64,000 nucleotides of DNA from Tubiluchus corallicola. Taxonomy: Eukaryota > Animalia > Priapulida. The DNA is taken from the NCBI GenBank assembly GCA_030141605.1, contig JAQGDQ010001078.1, positions 791-64,790 on the forward strand, written 5' to 3'. Shown piece after piece: positions 12,841 through 25,566 of this stretch; the stretch's first letter is position 1, and each line of letters opens with the position of its first letter. The notes under the pieces were generated by a model, which was given only the letters and a program-made list of their open reading frames with translations, was not told the origin of the DNA and ran no database searches. Both the position numbers and the translations under genes were made by a program.

Positions 12841-15800
12841 CTGAAAATCAGAAAACAAGTTTTTATCATTGATAACACTAAGTTTTTTAATAATCAGTAT
12901 CTTAGATACTACACGGATGCTAAAGTTCAGTTTTTATTGTTGCGAGTATTAAAGGGGGAATATCATGAAAATCAAACTTTTTGCATCTCACAGGAGACGC
13001 AATGGAGCTGTAGTCACGCCTCTCCCGGTGAAAAAATTAAACTAGCGCAGCTTTGCTGATGTACACGCAGCCTGTTGTGATACTGTCGTACACAACTGGG
13101 CTGGGTAGAGATGTTGCTCATTGGAAACTAATTTTATATTTTATATTCTCCACTTTAGCATTTTGCCAAGTTTCACCTGTAATCCTGCAATTTCGCCACC
13201 AGAGGCGCAGATGCAGATACATGCTCAATGTCGGCCTAATCAAATGCTCGTCTTGTGTATTCCCCCTTTAACAGTTTTAACTTAATATTGGCTACTAACC
13301 TTTAGTATAATGCTAACATAAAGGACCACTTACGAATTTCAGTTGCACTCAGCGTTTGTTGTACTGAGAAGGTCACGTCTGTCAGACAACCAACGAAATA
13401 GTGATTAGGATCAATCGAGGAGTCTGACAGTTGATTTTGTCCAGAAATTAGGCAACCACCAGATTGAACTGCCGTTCCATCACTCAGCCCAGTTCCTGAA
13501 CCTGAAATGAATTATCTAGATCATGCAAGTGTCAAGGTAATACAGTTTAAGGCTATCAAAGCGAGAAATGTTTTCTAAACTGTGACGTCACTCAGACGCA
13601 AACAACCTGAAGTGACGTCACACAAACAAAGTAATCGCAATCGCATGTATTATTAATCATAATATGTTATAATAATCATAACGTCACATTACTCTAAATC
13701 TGCCCTACCCTTTGCCATTTGTCCCTTTATCAAAAATATGTTTTTTTATTCGTAGAAAGCAGACATTTCTTGAATAGGTTTACTCACCAGCTAAAGCGCC
13801 ATCAACATAAATAGCTAAGTGTCCTCCACTGGATTGCCAAGTTGCGCAAAGAAAGTGCCACTCTGAATCTCTGATTGATTGAGTTCTGCGATTTAAAATA
13901 TGAGAAGTTATTTACACCAAGCAATTTAAACATTTTTTAGAAAAGAACAAAGTAAAAGCAAAACAAATTTGCCTGAATGTATGTCACTGTGTAATCTCAA
14001 GTGCAGGATAGTTTTATAATGCATGAGGTTGCGCGAGACTTTCAGCCATGTAATTGGTCTCTGTATGAACCAGCCCTTAGAAAAACAACAAATGCGAAAA
14101 CTACAGTTCTAAGATTAGGGATCTAACCTGCACTGCCAGAAATACTTACAGAGTCACAACTGCGATATCACCATTTACAACCAAAATAAGTTCCACGCCG
14201 TCGAAATAGAATAAAATGTCGGCTCCAAAATTCGCTGGAACTTCGTAGGAAAACAAACTCATTACGCTTGGCACTTCAGGAGCATTTGCTGGCTCTGCTT
14301 TCACCCACTAAAATGAAAATGTTCCCATTAATTGCAGTATGACGCCAACGATGACAGTGATAAATATAATGGGACAAGCTTACTACAACCACTACCACTG
14401 GTACTAGCACTACCACCACCCCTAACACGACCACCACCACTAGCACGACCACGACCACCACCCCTAACACGACCACCACCACTTACACAACCACTACCAC
14501 TACCACTACCACCACCACTTACACAACCACTACCACTAGCACTACCACTACCACCACCACTTACACGACCACTACCACTAGCACTACCACTACCACCACC
14601 ACTTACACAACCACTACCACGACCACTACCACTAGCACTACCACTACCACCACCCCTAACACGACCACGACCACTACCACCACCCCTAACACGACCACGA
14701 CCACCACCACTAGCACTACCACTACCACTACCACCACCACTTACACGACCACTACCACTAGCACTACCACTAGCACTACCACTACCACCACCACTAGCAC
14801 TACCACTACCACCACCCCTAACACGACCACGACCACCACCACTAGCACTACCACCACCCCTAACACGACCACCACCACTAACACTACCACTACCAGTAGA
14901 AGTTCTACTACACTAATGCTGCTCATAAATTTTAATAATTTATACCTGACAGTTCGTAAATTGTTCAATATCAGCACTAGGTGAAACGTTCCATTTCAGA
15001 TGATCTGTGTGAGGTCCTTCACCAAATACAGCCATGAATCCATTAAGACTGTCGCATTCAACAAACTCAGCTAGATCAATAAAACATTTATTAGTCTATT
15101 TGGCAGGTTTAGTCAGTGATTCAATTAGTTTTTCAGTGTTTCAGTCAACTGCTACCGCTAGTACTTCTACTGCTGCTACTGCTACTACTGCTACTACTCC
15201 TGCTGCTACTGCTGTTGCTGCCACTACTACTCCTGCTGCTACTGGCATGTTGAGGCATGTTAAGCGCAACGCCATATTTCTCTGTTCCACTCCTAATTTA
15301 ATGTCTGAAAATTAGTTATAATTTGCAGTTTAAACAGTACCGCCACTGAAAAAAGAGGTCAAAATACCTTCAGTTAGTGTTCCAATAGCATCTTTGTCCA
15401 GCTTATGTGGTCTGACGTTTGACCGACCAGATTTTCTTTTTCTGCCATAGCCGCTTTGACCTAGAGGATTTGTTAAAATAGACAATATTTAGTCAAGACA
15501 GTCAGACGCCATAGCTATTCAGTGTGGACCTGCAAAGACCATTGAGTAAGAGTTGTATGACAGTACCTTAATACATGGAAAAGAACAAGAAAAACGGCAC
15601 CGGAAGTAGGTTTCAGAAAAATCGCCTTAGAAAAATTATATTACTTTACAGCATTTTTATGCGTATATCTTACTCGCACTGACAGGAATTTTAGTTTATT
15701 TTCATTTTAAATCTCATTTTAAATTTTAAATAAAAATACAAATTACCTGGTGGATATGAATTTGACGTAGGAAATCTGCTTGGATACCGCTGAGGTTGCC

Positions 15801-16188
15801 GTCCAGCATGTCCTTGGTTGAAATGATATTGACAGTCTACGAAACCCACGTAAAACAGGTACAACGTCTAAAACACAAATCAATGTTGCATTATTTATGA
15901 TTAGAAATTAGCGACATTAATGGTCACAGCAAAACAAAACCTTTGTATTGAGAAACATGTGAGCCTGCAGCTGTGCAAGTAAAAGCTAAGCCTATATTAG
16001 ACTACATTAATATCTCACAATATTTAAAACAGCTAATAATTGAATCATACGTTAAAAAGACATTATATCATATGCAACGACGAATACTTTTAAAACTTAT
16101 TTTGTTTTACAAGAAAAATCAGATTTTATTTTAAAGAATTGCTTACATATAAAAGCGCCAAACTTACCAGAAAATGATGGATCAACAT
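12563..16188 (-). CDS. Secreted pentraxin-domain protein, 8 coding exons, 353 aa
   Basis: Exons 16188-16168, 15867-15747, 15460-15368, 15070-14946, 14307-14150, 13885-13788, 13501-13334 and 12840-12563 have GT-AG ends, matching phases and sum to 1062 nt with no internal stop. Motifs FTNCQWVK, SLFSY, WHFLCATW (pentraxin HxCxxW), YVDG, GGCLISGQNQ, FVGCLTDV, LSATEI...C...GDLLSW; predicted signal peptide MLIHHFLTLYLFYVGFVDC. Confidence 0.88.
12953..13267. mobile_element. Kolobok-like MITE in last pentraxin intron
   Basis: ttaa|AGGGGGAATA ... TATTCCCCCT|ttaa. Confidence 0.75.
13334..13501 (-). CDS. Pentraxin gene exon 7
   Basis: GSGTGLSDGTAVQSGGCLISGQNQ...FVGCLTDV...LSATEI; AG acceptor, GTAAG donor. 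Confidence 0.9.
13788..13885 (-). CDS. Pentraxin gene exon 6
   Basis: DSEWHFLCATWQSSGGHLAIYVDG; AG acceptor, GTGAG donor. Confidence 0.92.
14150..14307 (-). CDS. Pentraxin gene exon 5
   Basis: WVKAEP...SLFSYEVP...LVVNGD; AG acceptor, GTAAG donor. Confidence 0.88.
14385..14897. repeat. (CCA/CCACTA)n degenerate microsatellite, intronic
   Basis: Lies between pentraxin exons 4 and 5. Confidence 0.9.
14946..15070 (-). CDS. Pentraxin gene exon 4
   Basis: EFVECDSLNGFMAVF...IEQFTNCQ; phase 1 to 0. Confidence 0.85.
15368..15460 (-). CDS. Pentraxin gene exon 3
   Basis: QSGYGRKRKSGRSNVRPHKLDKDAIGTLTE; phase 1-1, AG and GT ends. Confidence 0.7.
15747..15867 (-). CDS. Pentraxin gene exon 2
   Basis: TLYLFYVGFVDCQYHF...SYPP; end of signal peptide; AG acceptor, GTAAT donor. 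Confidence 0.72.
16168..16188 (-). CDS. Pentraxin gene exon 1 (coding part)
   Basis: ATG...MLIHHFL then GTAAGT donor, phase 0 matches exon 2. Confidence 0.65.
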
Positions 16189-16245
16189 AGTGTAGTTTCT
16201 GTGACAGAGAACAACTCCAGTTGCTATCAGGTTTATTTTCAGTTT

Positions 16246-16255
16246 CTTTTATATA
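16246..16255 (-). promoter_or_regulatory. TATA box of pentraxin gene
   Basis: TATATAAAAG on the minus strand about 60 bp upstream of the ATG. Confidence 0.55.
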
Positions 16256-17819
16256 CGAATTTCCGTTACGGCCCATTTCGTTAATCAGTGAAGCACTGCT
16301 GGTGCCCATTAGTCGTTACTGTGGGACATTAGTCGTTACTGTATGACATTAGTCGTTACTGTAGGACTTGTCAATTGTTTTGCTTCACCACTGAACAATT
16401 TTAAACTTAATTGTTGCCGGCAAAGCACTTTGCTTGTAATATATGTGGATTTACCACTTACTTTAGTGGTTCTTGCTTACAATTTGGAAGTACATTATAT
16501 GAGCATGTCGATAATTATAGCACTTATTCTAAGAGAAGTCTACAATCGATAACCAACTACACCACTCAAAGAAAGCCTTCATTATTATCGATACGTATCC
16601 GCCATTACTTACAAATTCATAATCATTTTGTTTTAATGATAATGGTACTACAGGGAAAATAATCCAAATGTTGTGCAATTGCATTATGTAGAAATTTATA
16701 ATAACTCTGCTTTACGGAAAGCTGCTGATATTGTTAGTTGGTATTCATGTTTTACATAAAGTGATAAATTATTAGAAAAACCCTCTACCCTGTACAATTA
16801 CAATGGAAATAAGCTATTTAATGCTAATAACTCGTAAACCTGGTAGTTACTGAAATAGAGAGGCTCATCACCATCACCATGACCACCATTGACAAGCACC
16901 TCCTGCAGAAGTTGTCACCATTTTGTTGTCATCAATTGCAGTTATTTCAGCCAGATATTTCTCACACATGTATCCTCTTTGCTCGTCTTCTTGACTTTTA
17001 CTCCGTTACACGATGGATTCTTTTGATTGCAGTGCATTGCACATTGCACACTGTAAGCATAAATGACACGTAAATAATTGTGAGTGTCAAAGAAGATTTG
17101 AGCTTTTATTAGAACTAACACCCTGTTTGTAACTAATCAAGAAAAACAATTTTCACTGCAAAACCACCACTGCCATTATGTACCTAGCCTATGCATACCT
17201 TTTATTTTAATATTGGAAGAGCCTACAGTATAGAAAATTATGCACTAATTACGTAAAATATAATAAAACGTATAATGTATAATTAAGCCAACGTAATGAA
17301 TAAACAGATATGTATTTTAGAAACAGATACAGTAACAGATAGCTAAGTGTTTGAAAATAAAGATAATGGAATTGAACTGCTTTGCACATTACGAGAAGGC
17401 TTATTTGGGTGTATAGATAGATTTTATACATTAAAATTATTATACTAAAAGTTCTGTTGTTTTAATAATAAATTAATAAGAACTTGTAATAAATAAACTG
17501 CAGTGTTTTGTTTACTTGCACTATGTGCTGTAATTACGTGTAACTATAATTCTCGTATTATTTTATATTGGCTCAGGAAATAGAAGAAAATAGTTTAACA
17601 AACATAATCGACCGTAACATTTAACGTTAAACCCCAGAAATAAACCAAAAAAACCATAAATTTGATAACGGTAAGCGAGTCAACAATGGTAAACTAGCAC
17701 ATCACTGGTTTCTGTAACTAAAATTTTTAGTTTTAAGCATCATGAGAAAAATGAAAACGGCAGTCAATCAGACTCTCAGGTTACTACTAAATAAAATTGA
17801 TTAGTAAATTATACAATTT

Positions 17820-19601
17820 AAAGCAAATCTTAAGCTGTAGGTCAAAACAATCTACTCTTTAAAATATTGAAAGGAAACATACTATGTTTTCAAAGATGAC
17901 TTATGTGAAACAATTATTATCACACAAACACAACGCCACTAGTGTTTCGCTCCTACATGCATTTCGCTATTCGCTAGTTAGACGGGCGCTATTGTCTGCA
18001 TTTCGAAAACGTTTTGCACAAAAAACAGGTGCTGTACCTCTCAGTTCAGATGTGTTAGTTTGTGACGAACTACACACGTTCGAGCAACAGCAGTAACACC
18101 AACAAAAACAACTACAGCAACAACAACAAAAAACAACTACAACAACAACAGCAGCGACAAGAACAACAACAGCAATATGCTTCTTTCAAAAGATTCCATT
18201 CACATACAACGATATCAAGTTTAAAAGAAGAGAGGACGAGTTTCAGATACTACGCCATCTTCAAGACATTTTATCACCAGATATACTAGAAAAGCTTTTC
18301 TGATATATATCAGCTTTTCTGATTTATCACCAGATATACTAGAAAAGCTTTACTGGTGATACATTTTATCACCAGTAATACTAGAAAAGCTTTTCTGATA
18401 ATTAAATATTAGATTAAAATCTTTATTAACAGCGGCCGAGCCAAACTATTGATTACGTCACAAACGAACACAATTTTCATGCAAACAGCAAAAATATTCC
18501 ATGAGTGTGTTGCACATGTTTTCTAAAGCGAAAATTGAAGTACAGCGCTAGTGTAAGATATTCTGTGTGTTATACTAAAACTAGGTAAGTTTTAAGATAA
18601 AAATTCTATGTGCTCACGCATGAGCTGTCAAACGTGTGCAGTACGTCACAAACGAATACCACTGAACTGAGAGGTACAGAATCTGTTTTTTTATGCAAAA
18701 CGTTTCAGAGGCAAAGGCGCTAGCGCCAGTCTAACTAGCGAATGGCGAAATGCAAGTAACAGCGAAGAACTAGTGACGCGGACGCGAAATTGTGTTTGTC
18801 TGGTAATACCGCGTGTGGCTTCACGTAAGTCACTTTTGAACAAAATGGCTTGTTTTCTTTCAATATTTTAAAGAGTAAATCAGTGGTGTGCAACAGCATC
18901 TGACTAGCCGGGTCACATTAAACTTTCCCGCAATTCCTGCGGGCCACAGGCAGTTTGATCAAGGAGCCAAGTACAGTAGGACCTAATAACGATTTTTTTG
19001 CATCCGATTTGCGCACATTATTACTACTACACTCAAGAAACTATTTTAGAAGTTACTAAAATTTATATTAAAACCATATATTTCTACTTTCAGGACAGAT
19101 AGTGGTAATTTTATTACAATGTATAATAGTAATGTGTATCACACAGTCTGTGTAGTACAGTGCATATTAATCTGTTTTGACTCGCTGTTGTTCTTCAATC
19201 TTCTTCTTTTTCTTATCCATGATTCTGATCTATAAGAACACTACATCTGATGAAACAGCCACTGATCCAGGCTTGTACTACTGAGCCCAAGCTGAAACTA
19301 AAATCTGGGAATCCCCCTATATCAGGGGTGACCACACTTTTTCAGCTTGCTGGTTACTCACAAATTGATCTGCCATGTCGTCTTCTTGCTCATCATTTTT
19401 CTACCTGCTGTGACCAAGAAGACGACTAGGCAGATCAACAGCCTCGATAACAAAAGCCTAGAGATTGGCTGGTTGGTCATATAATTCATCGCCCGGGCCG
19501 CACTTTCATTAGGTTGACAAATCTCTCCGCGCGCCGCACTTTGCACACCCCTGGAGTAGATTGTTTTGACTTACAGTTTAAGATTGGGTCCGGTTTTCCT
19601 T
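17820..19601. mobile_element. Two inverted family-B (Kolobok-like) copies, the right one interrupted by a hAT MITE
   Basis: 17820-18080 is the reverse complement of 18640-18880 plus 19554-19590; right end ccggttttcct|ttaa. Confidence 0.55.
18881..19553. mobile_element. Non-autonomous hAT element with 8-bp TSD
   Basis: TIRs CAGTGGTGTGCAA / TTGCACACCCCTG; flanks GAGTAAAT / GAGTAGAT; the host family-B sequence rejoins across it. Confidence 0.8.
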
Positions 19602-19759
19602 TAATGTAGGTAGGTGGAAGGAGACGTGATAACGCCATTATAACTCAACGTAAGTAGGTGATTTAGTTATGATATCATTATCTGGCTTCAGGCTGGCTTC
19701 ACACGTACGTGCCGGCAGCAGACGTCGCTTACAAGGGCACACAATTTACTCTGCAGGCT

Positions 19760-20352
19760 GTCATTCCCAAAATTCTCAAACTAATATATCATATAAGGTA
19801 TGACCATCCCACAAGTATAATTTACATGTCTGTTAAAACTCTTAAAGTGAAAGAAATATATGACATGTATCAGTATCATAATTCACTACTTCCACCAGCT
19901 TTTCAGTCATACTTTAGTCCAGTTTCAAATCAACATGATCATTTCACAAGGTATTCAGTCGGAAACTATGTAAATCTATACATGTAAAACTATGCATCAA
20001 AATATAATGCTATTAAAATATGGTCATCAATTCCGCGTGAAATGAAAACTCTTAATCTTTATCAATTTAAAAAAGCATCAAAGAATTACCTACTACAACG
20101 GTATAATTAACTCACAATTTTACTCATCCTGATCTTAAGTTACTAACAAAACTTATTTTGTTCTAATGTACGTTATAACTGATGAAAATGTAATGTTAAT
20201 TGTCAATTGTTTCACTTATCTGGAGGAGGACTCGAAAGCTCAATGCTCCTTCCTCCTCCTCACAGTAACTCGCTCGGTTTATATATTTTTTCAATGTTAT
20301 ATCAATTTGTATGTTTGTGTTGCTGTGGAATAAATTCATAATTCATAATTCA
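19760..20352 (+). mobile_element. 3' end of CR1/L2-group LINE
   Basis: Degenerate ORF2 C-terminus (HPTSIIY...LKVKEIY...LLPPAFQSYF...HDHFTR), AATAAA and (ATTCATA)n tail; the same 3' end recurs at about 46815-46905. Confidence 0.7.
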
Positions 20353-21774
20353 ATTTATTTTTGTCAATTTCTCTGTGAAATTCAGAGTTTCTGTGTTTGT
20401 TTGTCACAAACTTCCTCGATCACTAAAACATAACTTTCCTCCAGATACCTATCAATTGTGAATTTGCAGGCTGCTTATACTTTTATATCGACGTCGGTAT
20501 CAATATAAGGGATTTATTTCGTTTGACGGTTTGAATATTATTATTATCATTAACGTTTTTATTAAATTTGATAATTATATTGAGTTATGAACCGTCTATA
20601 TTGTGCATTTTGCTGTATCTTAGGAAAGAACGAGTCACTCAGTACGTTGGGTTTATTTTACTGTTCACACTTAAATTTAGAAAAATATAACAAAGAAATT
20701 TACAAAGAACTGCCTATGAAGCATAAATTTAAATAAACTGCCTCTGAATAGAAATTTCTAGGCGTGGTGGTTACCCTCATTCACTTGAAAATCATAACGT
20801 AACTGGGAGACTTCGTAACTTTCCGTAAGCGCGTCGTGGCTTTCCGTAAGCGGACGCTGCTTAAACTAATTCAAACTTCTGCAGCTTACTTAGTGTTCAC
20901 GCAAAAATATTACAAAATTAGCTAATTACTTTTTTTGTAAAACATTATTAGACTTTTGATGAAGATTAACACTGCGCTTCTTTTCTTCAAGACGAATGAC
21001 GTCATTGGAAGAAGAATGGGCATTGAAAATGGGAGCATTCAAGCATGAAGTGATCGCAACTTCAAAGTGATTTTACTAATTACACGAGGAGCTTATTGCA
21101 GTTTAGTTACTAAATCCTTCTAACATTTTTTGCAAACATTGAAATACGCCTGACCTCCTAGAAGTGTTGACCTTTCCTTTAACAATAAAGTTGATTTAAA
21201 CTGTAAACTCAGAATGTTCGTCTCTTTCTGTACAAGTTGGTTTTGCGATTCTTAAAAGTCAATAATCACTTACAGATCGATGCTTTCCAAAAACGCTTAT
21301 CCTAGTCGTTATGCAGAAAATAAAATTATGACAAAGTAAAAGAAGAAAGACTGACCAGCAAGATGGAAAGCAGAAGGTTTCTTCTCAAGTTACATGACGA
21401 CTGCCCATCTTTAAAGCTATCATGAATCAAATTAGCACTAAAAGAAAGCAATGAGAAGTGAATTTACTCAAGGATGGATTTCAGGTAAAAAGATTCAGGC
21501 AAATTCAGCATCACATCTTTAAATCTATATAATTGTTTTCAGAAAGTAGCTAAAGACCAGATAGTATATGTTTACTGCAGGTTAAACACAAAACATATCT
21601 GTATTGATATATATAATATTAGGTTTTCATGTTGTTTAACGTACGCGACATTAAAGGAAACGTCAAGCCTTCTAGGAGGTTAGGCTTATTTCAATGTTAG
21701 AAGGGTTTAGTAATAAAACTTCAATAAGCGCTAAGGGTAATTAGTAAAATCACTTTAGAGAAAACCCTAGCATA

Positions 21775-22412
21775 AAGAAAACTTTCCACTTACATAAAGC
21801 TTAAAAAGTTCGTTTTAAAATTTTATATTACTCGCTGTTTTTTGCATATTAGACTTGCGTCGGCAGTAACGCTGTGTAAGATCTGTAAATTTAAACTCCC
21901 GCGATGACCGTTTGACACAGCCATTTTGACGATGAATCATTTGAAAGAAGTTTTGATAACATTGTGTAAAGTTTGAAAAAAATAATCAGAGCATTCGTAG
22001 CGCACAAGTCATTAACAAAATAAAATTTTAAATTACTGTATTTTGTCAATAAAATTAAAAATACGTTTTTGGTTAGCGAGTGGTGCACCCTGGAGGGTGA
22101 ATCAGCTACATTTTACCAATTGGTAAAAGCATTTTAATAATTAATATTTTTTCTTTCTACTTACATAAGTCTTTCTAGCAGGTAAGCGTAATATAACTTT
22201 GCATGGAAAGTTTTTGGAGCAGTTTAACATTTCCTTTTCTTCCCCTGATTTACGTTGTGCGTATATGACGTCATTTAATGGGGAGGATCGCGAGAAATTT
22301 AAAATGAAAACAAACAAAAAATCCTTTCAACGCGAGTGCAATATACGCATAAAATTGCTATAAAGTCATATGATTTTCCTGAAACCTACTTTAGGCACCC
22401 CCTTTTCTTATC
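21775..22412. mobile_element. Kolobok-like non-autonomous element, family C
   Basis: Ends ...cttatcct|ttaa; inverted copy at 23577-24247; fragments near 15580-15740 and 28340-28506. Confidence 0.6.
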
Positions 22413-22700
22413 CTTTAAACGATAAACATACAAACAAGAGTGAAGGAAGAAACAAAATTATCCTTTCTTACCTTCAATGAGTTTGCTCCAAAAGTCTCGA
22501 TGGTGAAAAATCGAAATTCAGAAAAATCACGTTTTCTTATATACAACACCAATGACCTTAACGTTTCATGTATGCATACGTTGCATTTTAAATTTGTTAA
22601 GAACACCGCCAATTAATAAGTAAATAAATTACGACGCTGTAACTGGGAGTAAACAGGAACAGGAAAAACTTTTCCAAATTTATACCTTACGGCTGCTATG

Positions 22701-22760
22701 GTCACCTTGGTAACAGTCACCTTGGCAACAGTCACCTTGGCAACAGTCACCTTGGCAACA
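22701..22760. repeat. 15-bp tandem repeat x4 (GTCACCTTGGYAACA)
   Basis: Direct reading; each unit matches the RFX X-box consensus. Confidence 0.85.
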
Positions 22761-23576
22761 TTTCAAATATTAACAACCGTTATAGCAAATACAATTGGCA
22801 GAAGCAAATATCTCTAACTTTTGTAAAAATATTAATGATAAATTAATCATAATAGTTATCAATCAAAGCAATTAGATATTCGTTTGTGCTGGTTGTATTA
22901 TGTGATAGTTTTAGTGATATGTAAGTTTATAAGTTTTTTCCACTCTGCATCTAACAGTTATAATAAAAATACAGATAATTTCACTGAAGTAAATATAAAT
23001 ATAAATGCAATATGATCCAGAAATTACAAAAGAGATTCCTATGCAGCATATGCATTTGCAAATTACATTACAGAGTAATTTTGATGCATACAGTCTGAGG
23101 CTAAAAGCATAGCTTGGCAGGCCAAACTGTACGTGAAAATCTTAAAGAAGTGATTAATAATTGAAATAATAATAATATATACATAAAAGTGGGGGGGGGG
23201 GGGGGGTAGTGAATGAAAGATGAAATGGAGCGAGAACTAAGAAAAACTGTGATCATGATTATAAAGTGTTCAGTAACCTGTTGAGCATAGTCACGTTTTA
23301 TTAAGATTACTGTGGAAAAAGAATGCAGGTGATTACCATTATCAAACTGTGTTACTCTCAATATGTTACAATTCATTAGGTGTCCAGACTTAAACAGTTT
23401 GTGGACGTGATACCGTTACAAATCAATAACAACGTATTAAATTCGGAGACCCGCAAGGCAGGTCTAGAACTTGTACATAAAACAGCAAACTAACTGTAAA
23501 ACGTTTAACAAACAATTCAGTTTAATAATATTAAAAATGTTAAAATGTAGCATCCCTTATTTAATGTAGATTAAAG

Positions 23577-24247
23577 GACAAGACAACGGGTACCTGAACT
23601 AGGTTTCAGAAAAATTGCCTTAAAAAATTATATTACTTTACAGCAATTTTATGCCTATATCGTATTCGCGTTGAAAGGATTTTTTGTTGCTTTCATTTAA
23701 AAATTTTTTTAACGCAGTGTTTTCCGACTGCGCCATTACATGACGTCATACACGCACAACGTAAATCAGGGGAAGCTGAAATGTTAAACTATGTCCCCAA
23801 AAATTTTCATGCAAAGTTACGTTACTTAGCATTTCAATTACATGCTGGAAAGATTTAGATAACTAGAAAAATTAATTATTTAAAATGTTTTCACCGATTC
23901 GTAAAATGTCGCTGACTCACTCTCCAGGGTGCGCCACTCACTAACCAAAAAACGTATTTTTAATCTTATTGACAAGATACAGTAATTTAAAATTTTACTT
24001 AATGACCTGTGCACTACGAATGCTCTGATTATTTTTTCAAACTTTACTTAGTGTTACCTAAATTTGTCAAAACCTTATTATCAAAATGGCTGCGTCTTAT
24101 GGTCATCGCGGGAGTTTAAATTTACATGCTTTATACAGCGTTACTGCCGACGCATGCCTTATATGCAAAAAGGCAGTATGTAAGTGGTATAAAATTTCAA
24201 GACAAATTTTTTAAGCTCTATATAAGTAGAGAGTTTTCTTGTGCTTT
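23577..24247. mobile_element. Kolobok-like family C, inverted copy
   Basis: Starts ttaa|AGGACAAGA; reverse-complement similarity to 21775-22412. Confidence 0.6.
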
Positions 24248-24749
24248 AAGCTAAACGTAAATTAATATCATTACACAGGAAACATGAAAATGGACCAAAT
24301 TCGCCTTAGAACCATGTGAGCAAGGTAACCCCCCCCTCTCAGAATGACACGTACTACTGTGTGAAGTAAAGGTTACCTTTAGATGTCCAAAAAGTGATAA
24401 ATGCTGGCATACTCTCCTGCGAAGGTGCCTTGCAGTATTTACACAACTAAATGCGCATTTATTGACTGCAAAAATTGAACAGTGTGAGGTGAATTCAAAG
24501 TACTTTTTTTTTAACTTAATTTCAAATGGTTTTAGCTAAACACCAAAAATATTATTTCATTATTTGAAAAAATTGTAACTCACTAGAAGTACAGCTTCTT
24601 CAGACAAGAAAATGCTACATATCCTTACAGTTCTAATGATAGAATTGTATTCGTCTAGTGTCTTGTTTATGAAACAAAAAAGTAGCGCATGCGCATTCAT
24701 AAACATTCGAGGCGTCTGCACTGCTCTACATAAACGAACACAGATTTAT

Positions 24750-25566
24750 TACTGTGCACTTTTGATTTTTACCTGTGCATTTTGATTTTTTGCTTGCACT
24801 TTTAATTTTTTGCTGTGCACTTTTGATTTTTTGTTTGTACGTTTAATTTTTTTGCTGTGCATTTTTTATTTTTTGCTTTGCACGTTTAATTTTTTGCTGT
24901 GCACTTTTGATTTTTTGCGTGCACTTTTGGTTTTTTGCTTGCACTTTTAATTTTTTGCTGTGCACTTTTGATTTTTTGTTTGTACGTTTAATTTTTTGCT
25001 GTGCATTTTTTATTTTTTGCTTTGCACGTTTCATTTTTTGCTGTGCACTTTTGATTTTTTGTTGTGCCCTTTTGATTTTTTGTTGTGCACTTTTGATTTT
25101 TTCCTGTGCATTTTGATTTTTTGCTTGCACTTTTAATTTTTTGCTGTGCACTTTTGATTTTTTGTTTGTATGTTTAATTTTTTGCTGTGCACCTTTGATT
25201 TTTTGCTGTGCACTTTTGATTTTCTGCTGTGAACTTTTCATTTTTTGTTGTGCACTTTTGATTTTTTGTTGTGCACTTTTGATTTTTTGTTGTGCCCTTT
25301 TGATTTTTTGTTGTGCACTTTTGATTTTTTGTTGTGCACTTCTGATTTTTCACCGTTCACTTTTGACGTTTTCGCCGTGCACTTTTGATTTTTTGTTGTG
25401 CCCTTTTGATTTTTTGTTGTGCATTTTTGATTTTTCGCCGTTCACTTTTGACGTTTTCGCCGTGCATTTTTGATTTTTTGTTGTACACTTTTGATTTTTT
25501 GTTGTACACTTTTGATTTTTTGTTGTGCACTTTTGATTTTTTGTTGTGTACATTTGATTTTTTTGC
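24750..25566. repeat. 21-bp minisatellite (ttttgattttttgttgtgcac)
   Basis: About 38 degenerate copies. Confidence 0.92.

Noticed and set aside
14332-14916. Pro-rich extensin/mucin-like ORF
   Set aside because: Intronic CCA-based microsatellite antisense to the pentraxin gene; the flanking exons splice in phase without it.
23230-23460. Degenerate L2/CR1 RT fragment on the minus strand
   Set aside because: Only faint motif resemblance with several stops; too weak to list as a feature.
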